A DNA stretch of 64,000 nucleotides from a virus. The notes under the pieces are model-generated. The model was not told the DNA's origin and searched no databases. It saw only the letters and a list, made by a program, of their open reading frames with translations. Positions 16,994-28,206 of the stretch are shown piece by piece. The stretch is from IMG/VR virus record IMGVR_UViG_3300037258_001185, positions 1 to 64,000 of that record. The stretch is one strand, 5' to 3'. How positions within the stretch are numbered: the first letter of the stretch is position 1; the number at the start of each line of letters is the position of its first letter. Made by a program: the position numbers and the translations under genes.

Positions 16994-17431
16994 GTGCCGA
17001 GAGCACCGAAACGAAGCAGAACTGCGAAGATGCGCAATGTGATTGCAGTCCGTGCCGGCGCGGCCCTTGACCGGCTTTACCCTGGGCCGCACAGGGACAA
17101 GCTGATCGCCCGGGACTTCGGGGTGTCCGTGCGCATGGCGCAGTACCTACGCACCGGGCAGCATTGGACGATCGACCACCTCGCGCAAGCGAGCGCGTTA
17201 CTCGGCGCTGCCTTCGACCGGGCACTTTATTCCCCCGCCCAGGATCAGCAGCACTTTGACGAAATGGGCGATATTTCGAGCCGGCTTGGCCGGCTGGAGG
17301 CATGGCGTGGGGACATGGCTGGCCGGGCTGAGGCGGGATTGGCACCGCCGGAACGCGTTGCTGTTGACGGCAGCGGCCGAGCGGCGGGCGGCGCAGATGG
17401 GACGCCTGATTGCGAGGGCGCGCCGCCATGA
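16994..17431 (+). CDS. putative HTH protein (CII-like position)
   Basis: KLIARDFGVSVRMAQYLRTG. Confidence 0.55.
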   Translation: MPRAPKRSRTAKMRNVIAVRAGAALDRLYPGPHRDKLIARDFGVSVRMAQYLRTGQHWTIDHLAQASALLGAAFDRALYSPAQDQQHFDEMGDISSRLGRLEAWRGDMAGRAEAGLAPPERVAVDGSGRAAGGADGTPDCEGAPP

Positions 17432-17520
17432 GCGTCTAGCTGGCGCGCTGCACCAACAGTTTTGCCGTGCCCGGCCGAGCCGGAACGACGCGTGGGACGC
17501 CCACATCATAGGGGGACGCG

Positions 17521-17799
17521 ATGCCTGACGTTGGAGGGATTGCCGGCGAGCGCCTGAAATCCTTCATCGAGCGCGTCGAGCGGCTCGAGGAGGAGAAGCG
17601 GGCGCTTGCGGCCGACATCAAGGAGGTGTTTGCCGAGGCCAAGGGCACCGGCTTTGACACCAAGGTCATGCGCCAGATCATCAAGCTGCGGCGCATGGAC
17701 AAGGACGATCTCGACGAGCAGGAAACGCTGATCGACATCTACAAACGCGCCCTCGGCATGCTGCCCGGCGAAGATCACGCCGAGGTCGATCCTCCATAA
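17521..17799 (+). CDS. GapR/DUF2312 (UPF0335) family DNA-binding protein
   Basis: LKSFIERVERLEEEK.AL..DIKEVFAEAKG.GFD.KVMRQIIKLR. Confidence 0.92.
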   Translation: MPDVGGIAGERLKSFIERVERLEEEKRALAADIKEVFAEAKGTGFDTKVMRQIIKLRRMDKDDLDEQETLIDIYKRALGMLPGEDHAEVDPP

Positions 17800-17839
17800 A
17801 AAGCGCAGAACACGCACTTTTTTGTTTCGGAGGTAATGA

Positions 17840-18376
17840 ATGATTTTGGCGTCCCTCAACCGCCTCTACGATCTTCTCGTCGAAGCCGCGGTGGCCGGAA
17901 AGCCTTGCCCGACGAATGACGAGCTGTCCTGCGAGATCGGCGGCCGCCGGGCCGAGCGCCTCATCGCCATGCTCGAAGAGGACGGCAAGATATCCCGCGT
18001 GATGGACGGCCAATATCGGGTCGTAACGATCCTGTCGGGCCCATTCGCCGGCGCGGCGACCGGCGCACCGGCGCAAGAGGTTCGGACCTGTGCGATCTGC
18101 GGATGCGCGCTCTACCGGCGACCGCATGGCAAATTCTCGCAAACCTGCGTCAGTCCAAGTTGCAGAAAGGAACTCTGGCGCCGCACCTTTGGCTGCCCCG
18201 AAAGGACGACGGAATTCCATTGGCCGACAACGCAGCCCGACGCCTTGCCGCAAAACTGCTTCGCAGCCCATAACCTGAAATTTCGACCGATGCCCGGGGT
18301 CATCTCCCGACCGGAATCCATGACGCTCGGCGGCGTGTCCGCGGCATGGGCCGTGCGAGGCGGCGTCGATGGGTAA
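17840..18376 (+). CDS. wHTH plus zinc-finger hypothetical protein
   Basis: PCPTNDEL..., CAICG and C...C motifs; GGAGG RBS. Confidence 0.55.
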   Translation: MILASLNRLYDLLVEAAVAGKPCPTNDELSCEIGGRRAERLIAMLEEDGKISRVMDGQYRVVTILSGPFAGAATGAPAQEVRTCAICGCALYRRPHGKFSQTCVSPSCRKELWRRTFGCPERTTEFHWPTTQPDALPQNCFAAHNLKFRPMPGVISRPESMTLGGVSAAWAVRGGVDG

Positions 18377-18779
18377 GCGTCATTGGTCGCAGGTGACGCG
18401 CCGGCTGCCGAAGGCACTCAGGACGACATCGGACGGCATCACCTTCGACAGCGCCGGCGAGAAATCCCGCTGGCACCAACTGCAATTGCTGGAGCGCGGC
18501 GGCCAGATCGCCGCGCTGCGCCGGCAGGTGAAGTTCCCGTTGATCCTGGCAAACGGGCGCCCGATCAAGATCCGCAGCGCCGGATTTCCGAACGGCCGGG
18601 CGTGCAACTACCGCGCGGACTTCGCCTATACCGTCACCGGCACCGGCGAACGCGTCGTCGAGGAGCACAAAGGACACGACGACCCGGTTGCCCGCCTGCG
18701 ACGCGCGGTCGTCGAGGCGCTCTACAATATCGAGATCACGCTGACCGGACCGGCGGCCCGACGGCGGCGCGCGCCGTGA
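18369..18779 (+). CDS. DUF1064 family endonuclease-like protein
   Basis: DGITFDS..E..R...L.LL...G.I..L.RQV.F.L, Y.ADF.Y, VVE..KG. Confidence 0.85.
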   Translation: MGKRHWSQVTRRLPKALRTTSDGITFDSAGEKSRWHQLQLLERGGQIAALRRQVKFPLILANGRPIKIRSAGFPNGRACNYRADFAYTVTGTGERVVEEHKGHDDPVARLRRAVVEALYNIEITLTGPAARRRRAP

Positions 18780-19837
18780 CGGTAACAATCCTCATCGGCG
18801 ACGCGCTGCGGCATCTGCGGCAACTGCCGGGTGACAGCGTCCATTGCCTCTGCACGTCGCCGCCATACTGGCGGCAGCGCGATTATGGCGTCCCCGATCA
18901 GCTCGGGCTTGAAGGGACTCCTGAGGGCTATGTCGCAAAGTTGACCGAGGTCTTCCGCGAGGCGAGGCGGGTGCTGCGCCCGGACGGCGTCTGCTGGATC
19001 AACATCGGCGACAAATGGGCAGCAAGCGGTCAAGGGGGAGGCGCCCAAAGCAAGGAGCACGCATACGGATCGGTTCCCGACGCCGCCAAATCACGAGAGT
19101 GGCGCAAGCCGCCGCACGGCTACAAAGATAAGGATCTGCTCGGACTTCCTTGGATGCTCGCCTTTGCGCTCCGGGCCGACGGATGGTGGCTCCGGCAATG
19201 CAATATTTGGGCGAAGCCGAACGGGATGCCCGAGTCGACGCGGGACCGCACGACAACCGCCCATGAATATGTGCTGCACCTGACGAAATCGGCCGAGTAT
19301 TGGTACGACAGCGCCGCAACCCGCTTGCCCGCAGTTCCCGAGAGCGTCGGCCGCCTCGAACGCGCGATGCGCGCCAGCCTCGATGCCGGCGCTTTCGTGA
19401 TCAGCGGCAGCGGATATGAACCGCCTGGGCAGCCCCCGCACCAGGGAGCGCGCCGCACCGATAAGCAGCGCGGGCACACCAGACGGCACGCCGGGTTCAA
19501 CGACCGCTGGGACGCGATGTCCCGCGCCGAACAGCAAGGAAAGGGCTCGCAGCTTCGTTCCGTCTGGTGGTTGCCAACCGCCAACTTCGCGGAGGGCCAT
19601 TTCGCGGTCATGCCGGAAGAGTTGGCGGCGATTTGCGTGCTCGCGGGGTGTCCGGCCGGCGGCACGGTTCTCGATCCATTTGCGGGCGCCGGCACCACCC
19701 TGATGGTAGCCGACCACCTCGGGCGCGATGCCATTGGCATCGAATTGAACCCGGCGTTCGCCGCCATGGCGGAGAGGCGCGTCAAAGAGCCTGGCCTGAT
19801 GCTCGATGCGGCACCGACGGCGGAGCGCGCTGCGTGA
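18776..19837 (+). CDS. N4/N6 DNA methyltransferase (beta class)
   Basis: TSPPY, LRPDG..WINIGD, IW.KPN.MPES, H.A.MP, VLDPFAGAGTT. Confidence 0.92.
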   Translation: MTVTILIGDALRHLRQLPGDSVHCLCTSPPYWRQRDYGVPDQLGLEGTPEGYVAKLTEVFREARRVLRPDGVCWINIGDKWAASGQGGGAQSKEHAYGSVPDAAKSREWRKPPHGYKDKDLLGLPWMLAFALRADGWWLRQCNIWAKPNGMPESTRDRTTTAHEYVLHLTKSAEYWYDSAATRLPAVPESVGRLERAMRASLDAGAFVISGSGYEPPGQPPHQGARRTDKQRGHTRRHAGFNDRWDAMSRAEQQGKGSQLRSVWWLPTANFAEGHFAVMPEELAAICVLAGCPAGGTVLDPFAGAGTTLMVADHLGRDAIGIELNPAFAAMAERRVKEPGLMLDAAPTAERAA

Positions 19838-21666
19838 CGGTTCGGGTGGAACACGACGACATGATGCAGGCGATCCCGCGTCTCGTCGCGGCGGGCGCGG
19901 TCTGCGACGCGTGCGTTTGTGACCCGCCATACCACCTCACGGCAACGCAGAAACGCTTTGGGGCGGCCAACAGCGCACCCGCGCAATACGGCCGTGACGG
20001 CGCCATGTCGCGCCTGTCCGGCGGTTTCATGGGCCAGCAATGGGACGGCGGCGACATCGCTTTCCGGCCCGAGACCTGGGCGACGGTCGCGACGATCCTG
20101 CGGCCTGGCGCCTTCCTCGTCGCGTTCGGTGGCACGCGGACCTATCACCGCCTCGCCTGCGCGATCGAGGACGGCGGCTTCGTGATCCAGGACTGCATTA
20201 TGTGGTTGTTCGCGACCGGGTTCCCGAAGCGCCGCGACATGCTCAAGCCCGCTTACGAGCCGATCGTGCTCGCCTACAAGCCGGGCGGCACGCGGACGAT
20301 GCAGGTCGATGAATGTCGAGTCGAGGGTGTGGTGCCCTCGACCACGCAGGGACAAGCTATTTCGGCGGGCGTCATCTACGGCAATGATCAACGCACGCTC
20401 CGACAATTAAATGGGCATAACGCCGGCCGCTGGCCCTCCAATGTCGCCACGGACGGCAGCGACGAAGTGCTCGCGGCGTTCCCGCAGAGCGCCGGGCAGC
20501 AGGGCGACGTGCGCGGCAGCGAGCCGAGCGCCACGGGCGATAACGGCATCTACGGCCATTTTGACCGCGTGCCATTCAACAAGCGTGTCGGCGAGGCGTC
20601 TGCAGAGCGGCGTTACACCGATGCCGGTTCCTCTGACTCCGCGATGCTGCCCGGCGCGCGGCGCGGTGACGCTGGCTCCGCCGCTCGATTCTTCTTTTCG
20701 GCACAGCCAGCCCCGGCCCCATGCGATCTTTGCGGGTGGCCGCGTGACGGATTTACAGGGACAATGGCCGAATGCAATGCACCTGTATCCAGCGCGGCCA
20801 GCACTTCATCGCAACCGGCCATAAATCCGAAGCCGCCCGCTTCTGTTCCAGGCGATGTTCCGGGCTATTTACTGCTCGGCGACGGGGACACGAGCCGAGC
20901 GTCGAGCGCCCCTGCGAGCAATGCGGGAAGCCATTCATCGCCCCACCATCCGACCACGCCAAGTTCTGCTCCGTTGCCTGCCGAGGTTTGGCCGCTGTCA
21001 AAGATCGTCCAAAATGTGGAGTCTGCGGCGCATCTGTGCGGCTCATGCGCAACCGCTATTGCTCAAAGTCTTGCAGCGTCAAGGCTCGGCCTCGCCCCGG
21101 AGTTACCACCCTTTCCGGCGTCTATATCCGAAACATCAAGGCAAATCCTGACCCGCAGCCTTGTGCTATATGTGGCGGGCCGGGAAAGCACAGACACCAT
21201 CCTGACTACGCCGAGCTTGAGCGAATTGTTTGGCTCTGTGTTCCATGCCATCGCCGAGAACATCAACTCGGAAAGAAACGTGGGAAAGGTGAATATCGGG
21301 TCCGGCCAGAAACGATTCCATTTCTCAAGTAAGGCCCAAAAATCTGATCGTTGGGGCAGCCGCCACCCGACAATTAAACCGGTCGAGTTGATGAAGTGGC
21401 TGGTGAAATTGGTTTGCCCCGAAAATGGGACGCTGCTTGATCCGTTTGCCGGCAGCGGCACGACGGGCGTGGCCGCCCTTGCCACCGGCCGCAATGCGAT
21501 CCTGATCGAACAGCAGGCCGCTTACGTCGCCGACATTCACGCGCGCCTCGACCACTACCGCGGCGAGGGGCGCCATTCCCTCGCCGTCAAGAACAGGTCG
21601 CGCGGCGCCCAGCCGGCGGAAGACGGCGACCTGTTCTCATGCGCAACCAAAGAGGATGCCGCATGA
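19834..21666 (+). CDS. N6/N4 DNA methyltransferase with about 200 aa internal insertion
   Basis: DPPY, GFPK, KPA.EPI, GRWPSN, HPTIKP..LM.WL, LDPFAGSGTT. Confidence 0.85.
   Translation: MTVRVEHDDMMQAIPRLVAAGAVCDACVCDPPYHLTATQKRFGAANSAPAQYGRDGAMSRLSGGFMGQQWDGGDIAFRPETWATVATILRPGAFLVAFGGTRTYHRLACAIEDGGFVIQDCIMWLFATGFPKRRDMLKPAYEPIVLAYKPGGTRTMQVDECRVEGVVPSTTQGQAISAGVIYGNDQRTLRQLNGHNAGRWPSNVATDGSDEVLAAFPQSAGQQGDVRGSEPSATGDNGIYGHFDRVPFNKRVGEASAERRYTDAGSSDSAMLPGARRGDAGSAARFFFSAQPAPAPCDLCGWPRDGFTGTMAECNAPVSSAASTSSQPAINPKPPASVPGDVPGYLLLGDGDTSRASSAPASNAGSHSSPHHPTTPSSAPLPAEVWPLSKIVQNVESAAHLCGSCATAIAQSLAASRLGLAPELPPFPASISETSRQILTRSLVLYVAGRESTDTILTTPSLSELFGSVFHAIAENINSERNVGKVNIGSGQKRFHFSSKAQKSDRWGSRHPTIKPVELMKWLVKLVCPENGTLLDPFAGSGTTGVAALATGRNAILIEQQAAYVADIHARLDHYRGEGRHSLAVKNRSRGAQPAEDGDLFSCATKEDAA
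20772..21332 (+). CDS. zinc-finger HNH endonuclease nested out of frame in the methyltransferase
   Basis: repeated CxxC / (F/Y)CS..C units and C..C...RHHPDY.....WLC..CH...H. Confidence 0.75.
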   Translation: MQCTCIQRGQHFIATGHKSEAARFCSRRCSGLFTARRRGHEPSVERPCEQCGKPFIAPPSDHAKFCSVACRGLAAVKDRPKCGVCGASVRLMRNRYCSKSCSVKARPRPGVTTLSGVYIRNIKANPDPQPCAICGGPGKHRHHPDYAELERIVWLCVPCHRREHQLGKKRGKGEYRVRPETIPFLK

Positions 21667-22131
21667 GCGCCGTCGCATTGCCCACCTACCTGCGGCAACG
21701 GCTCGCCATCGAATTGCCGCCATATCTACAAGGCCCTCTCGACAGGTTCCTTTTGGATTTGGCGCAGCAGGCCTTTGAAAACGGGAGGAAAGCGGGGGAG
21801 AAAGAAGCCTTCGAGCGTCTGACGGGGCACCGCGACCTGAAGCCGACGATCGGTGCCATCCAGCGCATCGTGGCTGAGGATTTCGCGCTGCCGCTAATCG
21901 ACATGACGTCGGACCGACAGTCGCGGAACGTCGCGCGCCCGAGGCAAGTTGCCATCTTCCTGTGCCGCCAATACACTGATTTCAGCCTGAAGGTCATCGG
22001 CAAACACTTCGGCGGAAGAGACCATACGACTGTCAGTCACGCCATTTCCACCGTTAACAGACTGGCGAAATCCGATCTGCAATTTGCCGATAGGATCGCG
22101 CGGATACGGTCCGCCGTGGAGTCTGCCTTTA

Positions 22132-22139
<8 letters not shown>
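21663..22139 (+). CDS. DnaA C-terminal (domain IV-like) HTH protein
   Basis: IQRIVA..F, RPRQVAIFLC...T..SL..IG..FGGRDHTTV.HA. Confidence 0.85.
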
Positions 22140-23127
<988 letters not shown>

Positions 23128-23566
23128 GGGCTGGGAAATCCAGGTCGGGCTGTATCACCGCCTGCTGAACGATATTCCGCGCGACCTTCTCGCCGAAGGC
23201 ATGTACCTGGCGCTGCGCGACGGCAAGTGGTTTCCCAAGCCGGCGGAAATTCGCGAGCCGATCAGAAGCGTCCTCGCGCGCCGGCAACTCACCGCGAAAC
23301 GCCTTGATCTGGCGCTCAGCCGCGCTCGCCGGGAGAGCAGGAGTCAACCCACGCGGCGGCCGAGCGAGGAGGAGAAGCGCGAGGTGGAAGCGATCATCGC
23401 GACGCTGTGCGCCAGATCGCCGCGCCACGAACGGCCGCGCGAATCCGAGCGGATGACAGGCGCCGAGCGCGAGCGTGTTGCCGCGGAGACCAAGAGTTTT
23501 CGTTTGCCGGGAGCGGATGATCCCGGCGTCAAAAAATGGCTGCGGGCCATGGGAGAGGAGTGAGCA

Positions 23567-24064
23567 ATGGCGGGTTCGATCAACAAGGTTATCCTGCTCG
23601 GCAACGTCGGTAAGGATCCGGAAATCAGGTCGACACAGGACGGACGCCGTATCGCGAACTTCTCGATCGCGACATCGGAGACGTGGAAAGACCGCGCCTC
23701 CGGCGAGCGCAAGGAGCGCACGACCTGGCACAACATCGTGGTGTTCAACGAACATCTCGTGCCGATCGTCGAGCAGTACGTCAAGAAGGGGTCGAAGCTC
23801 TACGTCGAGGGCGCGATGCAGACCCGCAAGTGGACCGACAACCAGGGCCAGGACCGCTACACGACCGAGGTCGTTCTGGCGCAATACCGCGGCGAGATCG
23901 CGCTGCTCGGCGACAGCCACAGCAACCGCCCGCCCGCCGCCGGCAGCGCGGACGACTATGGTCAGGAATCCGCTCGTCCGGGTTACAGCGCCAGGCACGG
24001 CCTCGGCGCCGGCGTTCCACAGAGCGGGTCCGGAAGCGATCTCGACGACGACATCCCATTTTGA
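23567..24064 (+). CDS. ssb: single-stranded DNA-binding protein
   Basis: NKVILLGNVGKDPE, IATSETWKD, acidic DDDIPF tail. Confidence 0.97.
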   Translation: MAGSINKVILLGNVGKDPEIRSTQDGRRIANFSIATSETWKDRASGERKERTTWHNIVVFNEHLVPIVEQYVKKGSKLYVEGAMQTRKWTDNQGQDRYTTEVVLAQYRGEIALLGDSHSNRPPAAGSADDYGQESARPGYSARHGLGAGVPQSGSGSDLDDDIPF

Positions 24065-24243
24065 AGCTGATCATCTGCAACGGGCGCGAACTCGAGGTGC
24101 GAGACCTGGGTCCACCGCTTTTGCGGCTTCGCGCCGGAGCCGTGCCCATCAAGATCAACGGTCACTTGGTTGTCGAAGACGACGAGGCGCGCCGCCAGAT
24201 AGCGGCGCTGCTGGCGACGGGCCTGTATCAGCGCGAGTGACCG

Positions 24244-24492
24244 ATGCTGGCCGATGACACGATGATCGACGCGGCGCTTTGCCGGGCGGCGCGCGGGCTG
24301 CTCGACTGGTCACAGGATCAGCTCGCCGAGGCGGCGCAGGTCTCCCGCGGCACGATCCTCAGCTTCGAGCGCGGCCTGTCGTTGCCGTGGCGGGTCAATA
24401 GGCTGGCGATCGAAGCTGCATTCGCCGCGGCGGGGATACGATTCGTTAAATCCGCAGACGGAGCAGGGTGCATCCTGGCCGGCCGTCCTTAA
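24244..24492 (+). CDS. XRE family HTH regulator
   Basis: CRAARGLLDWSQDQLAEAAQVSRGTILSFERG. Confidence 0.9.
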   Translation: MLADDTMIDAALCRAARGLLDWSQDQLAEAAQVSRGTILSFERGLSLPWRVNRLAIEAAFAAAGIRFVKSADGAGCILAGRP

Positions 24493-24650
24493 AAGAAGCG
24501 CAAAATGCGCACCTTGTACCTTGGATTTGGCAAAAGGTGCGCCGCCGATGAAGTTAAGGCGATTTTTGTTTCATAGTATTCCCAAGCAATAAACAATGTG
24601 CCAGCGGTCCGCCGGGGGGCGGAACGCCTTGACATGCGGCGCGGGGGCGC

Positions 24651-25628
24651 ATGAGGAAGAAACGCGGGAGACCGGCGGCGATCGACCGTCCGCATTATTC
24701 CAGCGGACGCGTCGAGAACCCGGCACATCAGGATATCGCCTCGCCATTTGCCGCAGCGCGCCGCGTCGCGCTCGCCGACCCGCGAGCCGCCGGCACCGCG
24801 GTAAACAAAGCGGAGGCCGCCGCCGGCGCCGCCGGCAAGGCATTCGGTCCGGAAGACGCAGCTCGCGCCATCGCGGGTATCGCGGTCGATGCCGACCGCG
24901 CGAGCACCGCCATCGGCCGCTACTTCCTGTGGTCGTTGCATCACGGCACCAAACACCGCCTGACCGAAGCGCAATACCTGGCCGGCTGCCGATACGCCAG
25001 CCAGCACGGCATGGCCTGGGCGGGCTTGCATGATGACCTCAAACGGGTCAGCGGCGACGTCCTGAGGGACATCGTGGTGCCGCGGCGACACCCGCCTGCG
25101 GCTCTCGGCAACCACGTCGCGACCACGCCGGCGACAGACCTTAACCCCCGGCCGAAACCCAGCCCGGACGAGCTGATCGAGTATCGGCAGCGGCAGTGGC
25201 ATCGGTACATCGCGGCCAGGGAAACGCTGCTCCAGATCGGCTTGGCCGTGACCCTGGCCGTCGAGGATCTCGTCATCGAGGGACACGATCCATGGTGGCT
25301 CAGTCCGTCGTCCTGCCGTCTTGGGGAGACCGAGGCGCGGCACCGCGCGGCCGAGGTGTTTCATCAGCGCTCGATGCTGGTCGACGGCCTGACGGCGCTG
25401 GCCCAACTCTTCGGCACCGATAAAGAGGTCGCCAGCAGAGAGGGCGGCGATCCATCGGGCGCATCCGACACGCCGCGCGCTCCGCCCCCTCAGGCGACGC
25501 GACGAGCGCAGGCCAGGCTGCCGATCATTCTCACCAGGGACGACGCAAACCTTAGCGCCGGCGCCATCGTGGCATCGGTGAACCGCCTGAAGCAGCAGCG
25601 CAATAGCGTGGGGGGTTGCGATGGATAA
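24651..25628 (+). CDS. hypothetical protein, possible late-gene regulator (DUF6456-like)
   Basis: LTEAQY.AG.RY and L.DGL.ALA..FG; position after replication genes. Confidence 0.45.
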   Translation: MRKKRGRPAAIDRPHYSSGRVENPAHQDIASPFAAARRVALADPRAAGTAVNKAEAAAGAAGKAFGPEDAARAIAGIAVDADRASTAIGRYFLWSLHHGTKHRLTEAQYLAGCRYASQHGMAWAGLHDDLKRVSGDVLRDIVVPRRHPPAALGNHVATTPATDLNPRPKPSPDELIEYRQRQWHRYIAARETLLQIGLAVTLAVEDLVIEGHDPWWLSPSSCRLGETEARHRAAEVFHQRSMLVDGLTALAQLFGTDKEVASREGGDPSGASDTPRAPPPQATRRAQARLPIILTRDDANLSAGAIVASVNRLKQQRNSVGGCDG

Positions 25629-25830
25629 CTTGAACAGGGCCGGGGCTACCGAGTTGGCCGGTCGCATTTGCGATTACTGGATCAGCAACGGCTTTGCCGG
25701 CATCAGCGCCATTGTCGTGCCGATCGGAAACGTCGGCGGCGAACAAGTGTATGGCGTCCGCAGCAACATCGGCGGCAGCGGCTTCCCGCCGCGCCGGACG
25801 ACCGCGACCAGCACGCGGGAGGCGGCATGA
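25621..25830 (+). CDS. hypothetical protein
   Basis: LA.RI..YW...G, VYGVRSN..G.P. Confidence 0.6.
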   Translation: MDNLNRAGATELAGRICDYWISNGFAGISAIVVPIGNVGGEQVYGVRSNIGGSGFPPRRTTATSTREAA

Positions 25831-26105
25831 GAAACTTCATCGAGCTGGACGGCGTGAGCGCCATCGAGCGGGATATTCTGATTGCCTCGCGATGGGCGGC
25901 AGCGATGGCCATGAAGGCGATCTCCGCCTCGGCGGTCTGGGGCGCCGATTTTAACGCGGACACCCACCGGGGGCGCCCCTCGCCGGCAATCGTGCGCATC
26001 AACGCTCCGGGTTACCCCAAGGTTGTCCGCGACCGCCTCGGGCGCGAGTTCGTGGTTCACCGCGGCGTCGACCGCGCCACGTTCCGGGGGATGCAGTCCA
26101 GATGA
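25827..26105 (+). CDS. hypothetical protein
   Basis: ATGA-coupled on both sides. Confidence 0.5.
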   Translation: MRNFIELDGVSAIERDILIASRWAAAMAMKAISASAVWGADFNADTHRGRPSPAIVRINAPGYPKVVRDRLGREFVVHRGVDRATFRGMQSR

Positions 26106-26695
26106 TACTGGCAGCAGATCATCCAGCCGCCAGCACGGCCCGCATCCATGGCAACGGCTTCCTGCAGATCGACCTGCTGGACGGATCGCGGCTGCATCTT
26201 TGGGATGACCGGCTGCCGAGGCAGGCGGTCAACTCGGCGATCCACAACCACCGCTTCGGCTTCATCAGCGAGGTGCTGCGCGGCACGATCATCAATACCG
26301 AGCTCGCGTGGGTGCCGGCCGCTTCCAACGGCGATGGTCGCGCGACGCACGCGCTCTACCGGACCGAGCGCCGTGCCGGCACCGAGGACACGCACCTCGT
26401 CGACACCGGCCACCGCGGCACCTTCGTCGCGACCAAATCCCATATCGTGCACGCCGGCAATCGCTACCGGTTCCCGGCGGCTCGTTTCCACACGACGCAC
26501 CACCTCGGCCTGACGGTAACGCGGCTGCACAAGCGCCACATCGACGAGACAGTGGCGGTGATCGCGGCCCTGCGTCTCGGCGAGCAGCCCGACAACGAGT
26601 TCAATCGCGACACAGCCCCGATCCCCGGATGGGTGTGGAGCGTCGTGGCGCCCTACCTGACTGCCGCGCCAGCCGAACTGCCGGTGGCTGCCTGA
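26102..26695 (+). CDS. cupin-like putative metalloprotein
   Basis: H.NGF.Q, RLHLW, IHNHRFGF.S.VL.G, FH. Confidence 0.6.
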   Translation: MILAADHPAASTARIHGNGFLQIDLLDGSRLHLWDDRLPRQAVNSAIHNHRFGFISEVLRGTIINTELAWVPAASNGDGRATHALYRTERRAGTEDTHLVDTGHRGTFVATKSHIVHAGNRYRFPAARFHTTHHLGLTVTRLHKRHIDETVAVIAALRLGEQPDNEFNRDTAPIPGWVWSVVAPYLTAAPAELPVAA

Positions 26696-26733
26696 TGGAC
26701 GCGCACGTCCGGCCCAACTGACGGAGAACGTAG

Positions 26734-26934
26734 ATGCCGACAATCGGATTCCTACCGCTGCTTGGTCTGCTGTTCATCGGCCTCAAGCTCGGGGGCGTGA
26801 TCGCCTGGTCGTGGTTCTGGGTAACGCTGCCGCTCTGGGCCGGCCTCTTCGTCGCGCTTGCGATATTTGGCGTCATCGCGGTCATCACCACACTCGCCGG
26901 CATATCGATCAAGGCCACGACACACCGCCGATAA
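26734..26934 (+). CDS. small membrane protein
   Basis: LFIGLKL.GVI.WSW.WV..PLW. Confidence 0.75.
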   Translation: MPTIGFLPLLGLLFIGLKLGGVIAWSWFWVTLPLWAGLFVALAIFGVIAVITTLAGISIKATTHRR

Positions 26935-27040
26935 TAGCGGCCCGGCGCCCTCCCTTCGGGGCACTGAAAGAGGTCTGAGAATGGTAGTTATCGTCGCTCA
27001 CGCAGGCGTTTCCTGGGGCCGGTTCTGACCGGCGATAACC

Positions 27041-28012
27041 ATGGAAACCCGATCCCACGAAATGCCCGAAAACGCCAACCTTCCTGCGCGCCTCGGCGAC
27101 CTGCCGGCCATCGGCCAAAGGGCGGCCGATTTTGCGCGCTCGGCGAGGTCGCCGGCGACGCTGCGCGCATACGAGTGGGATTGGGCCGATTTCGTCGCGT
27201 GGTGCGATGCGCTTGACCTCGCTTCCCTGCCGGCCGAACCGACGACAGTCGGGGCCTACCTCTCTGACCGTGCAGGGAAATTGAAGGTCGCGACGCTCGA
27301 ACGGCGGCGCGCCGCGATCGCGTTTTATCATCGGCGCGCCGGGCATGGGTTCGATAATGAGCATTTGGCCATCGCCAGCGTCATGTCCGGCATCCGCCGA
27401 ACGCTCGGATCTCGCCAGGACGGCAAGGCGGCGATTCTGACCGAGGATCTGCGCGCAATGGTGCGAACCCTGCCGGACACGCTGCGCGGCGTGCGCGACC
27501 GCGCCGTCCTGCTGATCGGCTTCGGCGGCGCCTTCCGACGCTCCGAACTGGTCGCCCTCGATCGCGAGGATTGCCAGATCAGCTCCGGTGGCATCGTCAT
27601 CACCGTACGGAAATCGAAAACCGACCAGGAGGGCCGCGGCCGCGAGGTTGGCATTCCGCGCTCGAAGCGCACTTGCCCGGTCGCCGCGCTTGAGCACTGG
27701 CTGCGGATGGCTGGGATCGAGGACGGCCCGGTGTTCTGCGCTGTCGTGCACAACACCAAGCCCGGCGCCAGGCTGGCTGGCAAAGCCGTCGCCGACATCG
27801 TAAAGGCCGCCGCCAAGGCCGCCGGATACGACCCGGCGAAATACGGCGCCCATTCACTGCGCAGCGGCTTTGCCACATCGGCGGCCCGGGCCGGCGCCGA
27901 TATCGCGCACATCATGCAGCAGACCGGCCACAAGAGCGTCGACGTCGCGCGCCGCTATGTCCGTCGCGGCAACCTGTTTGAAAACCCGGCGTCCAAGGCG
28001 GTGCGACTGTGA
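27041..28012 (+). CDS. Cre-like tyrosine recombinase
   Basis: RDRA.LL.GF.GAFRRSEL, KSKTDQ.G, HSLR.GF.T, TGHKS, RY. Confidence 0.92.
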   Translation: METRSHEMPENANLPARLGDLPAIGQRAADFARSARSPATLRAYEWDWADFVAWCDALDLASLPAEPTTVGAYLSDRAGKLKVATLERRRAAIAFYHRRAGHGFDNEHLAIASVMSGIRRTLGSRQDGKAAILTEDLRAMVRTLPDTLRGVRDRAVLLIGFGGAFRRSELVALDREDCQISSGGIVITVRKSKTDQEGRGREVGIPRSKRTCPVAALEHWLRMAGIEDGPVFCAVVHNTKPGARLAGKAVADIVKAAAKAAGYDPAKYGAHSLRSGFATSAARAGADIAHIMQQTGHKSVDVARRYVRRGNLFENPASKAVRL

Positions 28013-28206
28013 GTTTGGTTATCGCCGAGCTGCTGCAGATCGCACTTCAGGGCGCGATCATCCTGCTCATGGCGCAGGGTTATTGGCTGTTCCTGGCAGC
28101 CCATCTGCCGCTCGCCGCGCTTGCCGGCTACTGCGGAACCACCGCGACGCTGATTGCCGCCAATCTCCACGTAGCGCTGACACGGGGGAAGGGACATGCC
28201 AACTAA
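28009..28206 (+). CDS. small membrane protein
   Basis: two hydrophobic stretches; coupled to neighbours. Confidence 0.5.
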   Translation: MSLVIAELLQIALQGAIILLMAQGYWLFLAAHLPLAALAGYCGTTATLIAANLHVALTRGKGHAN

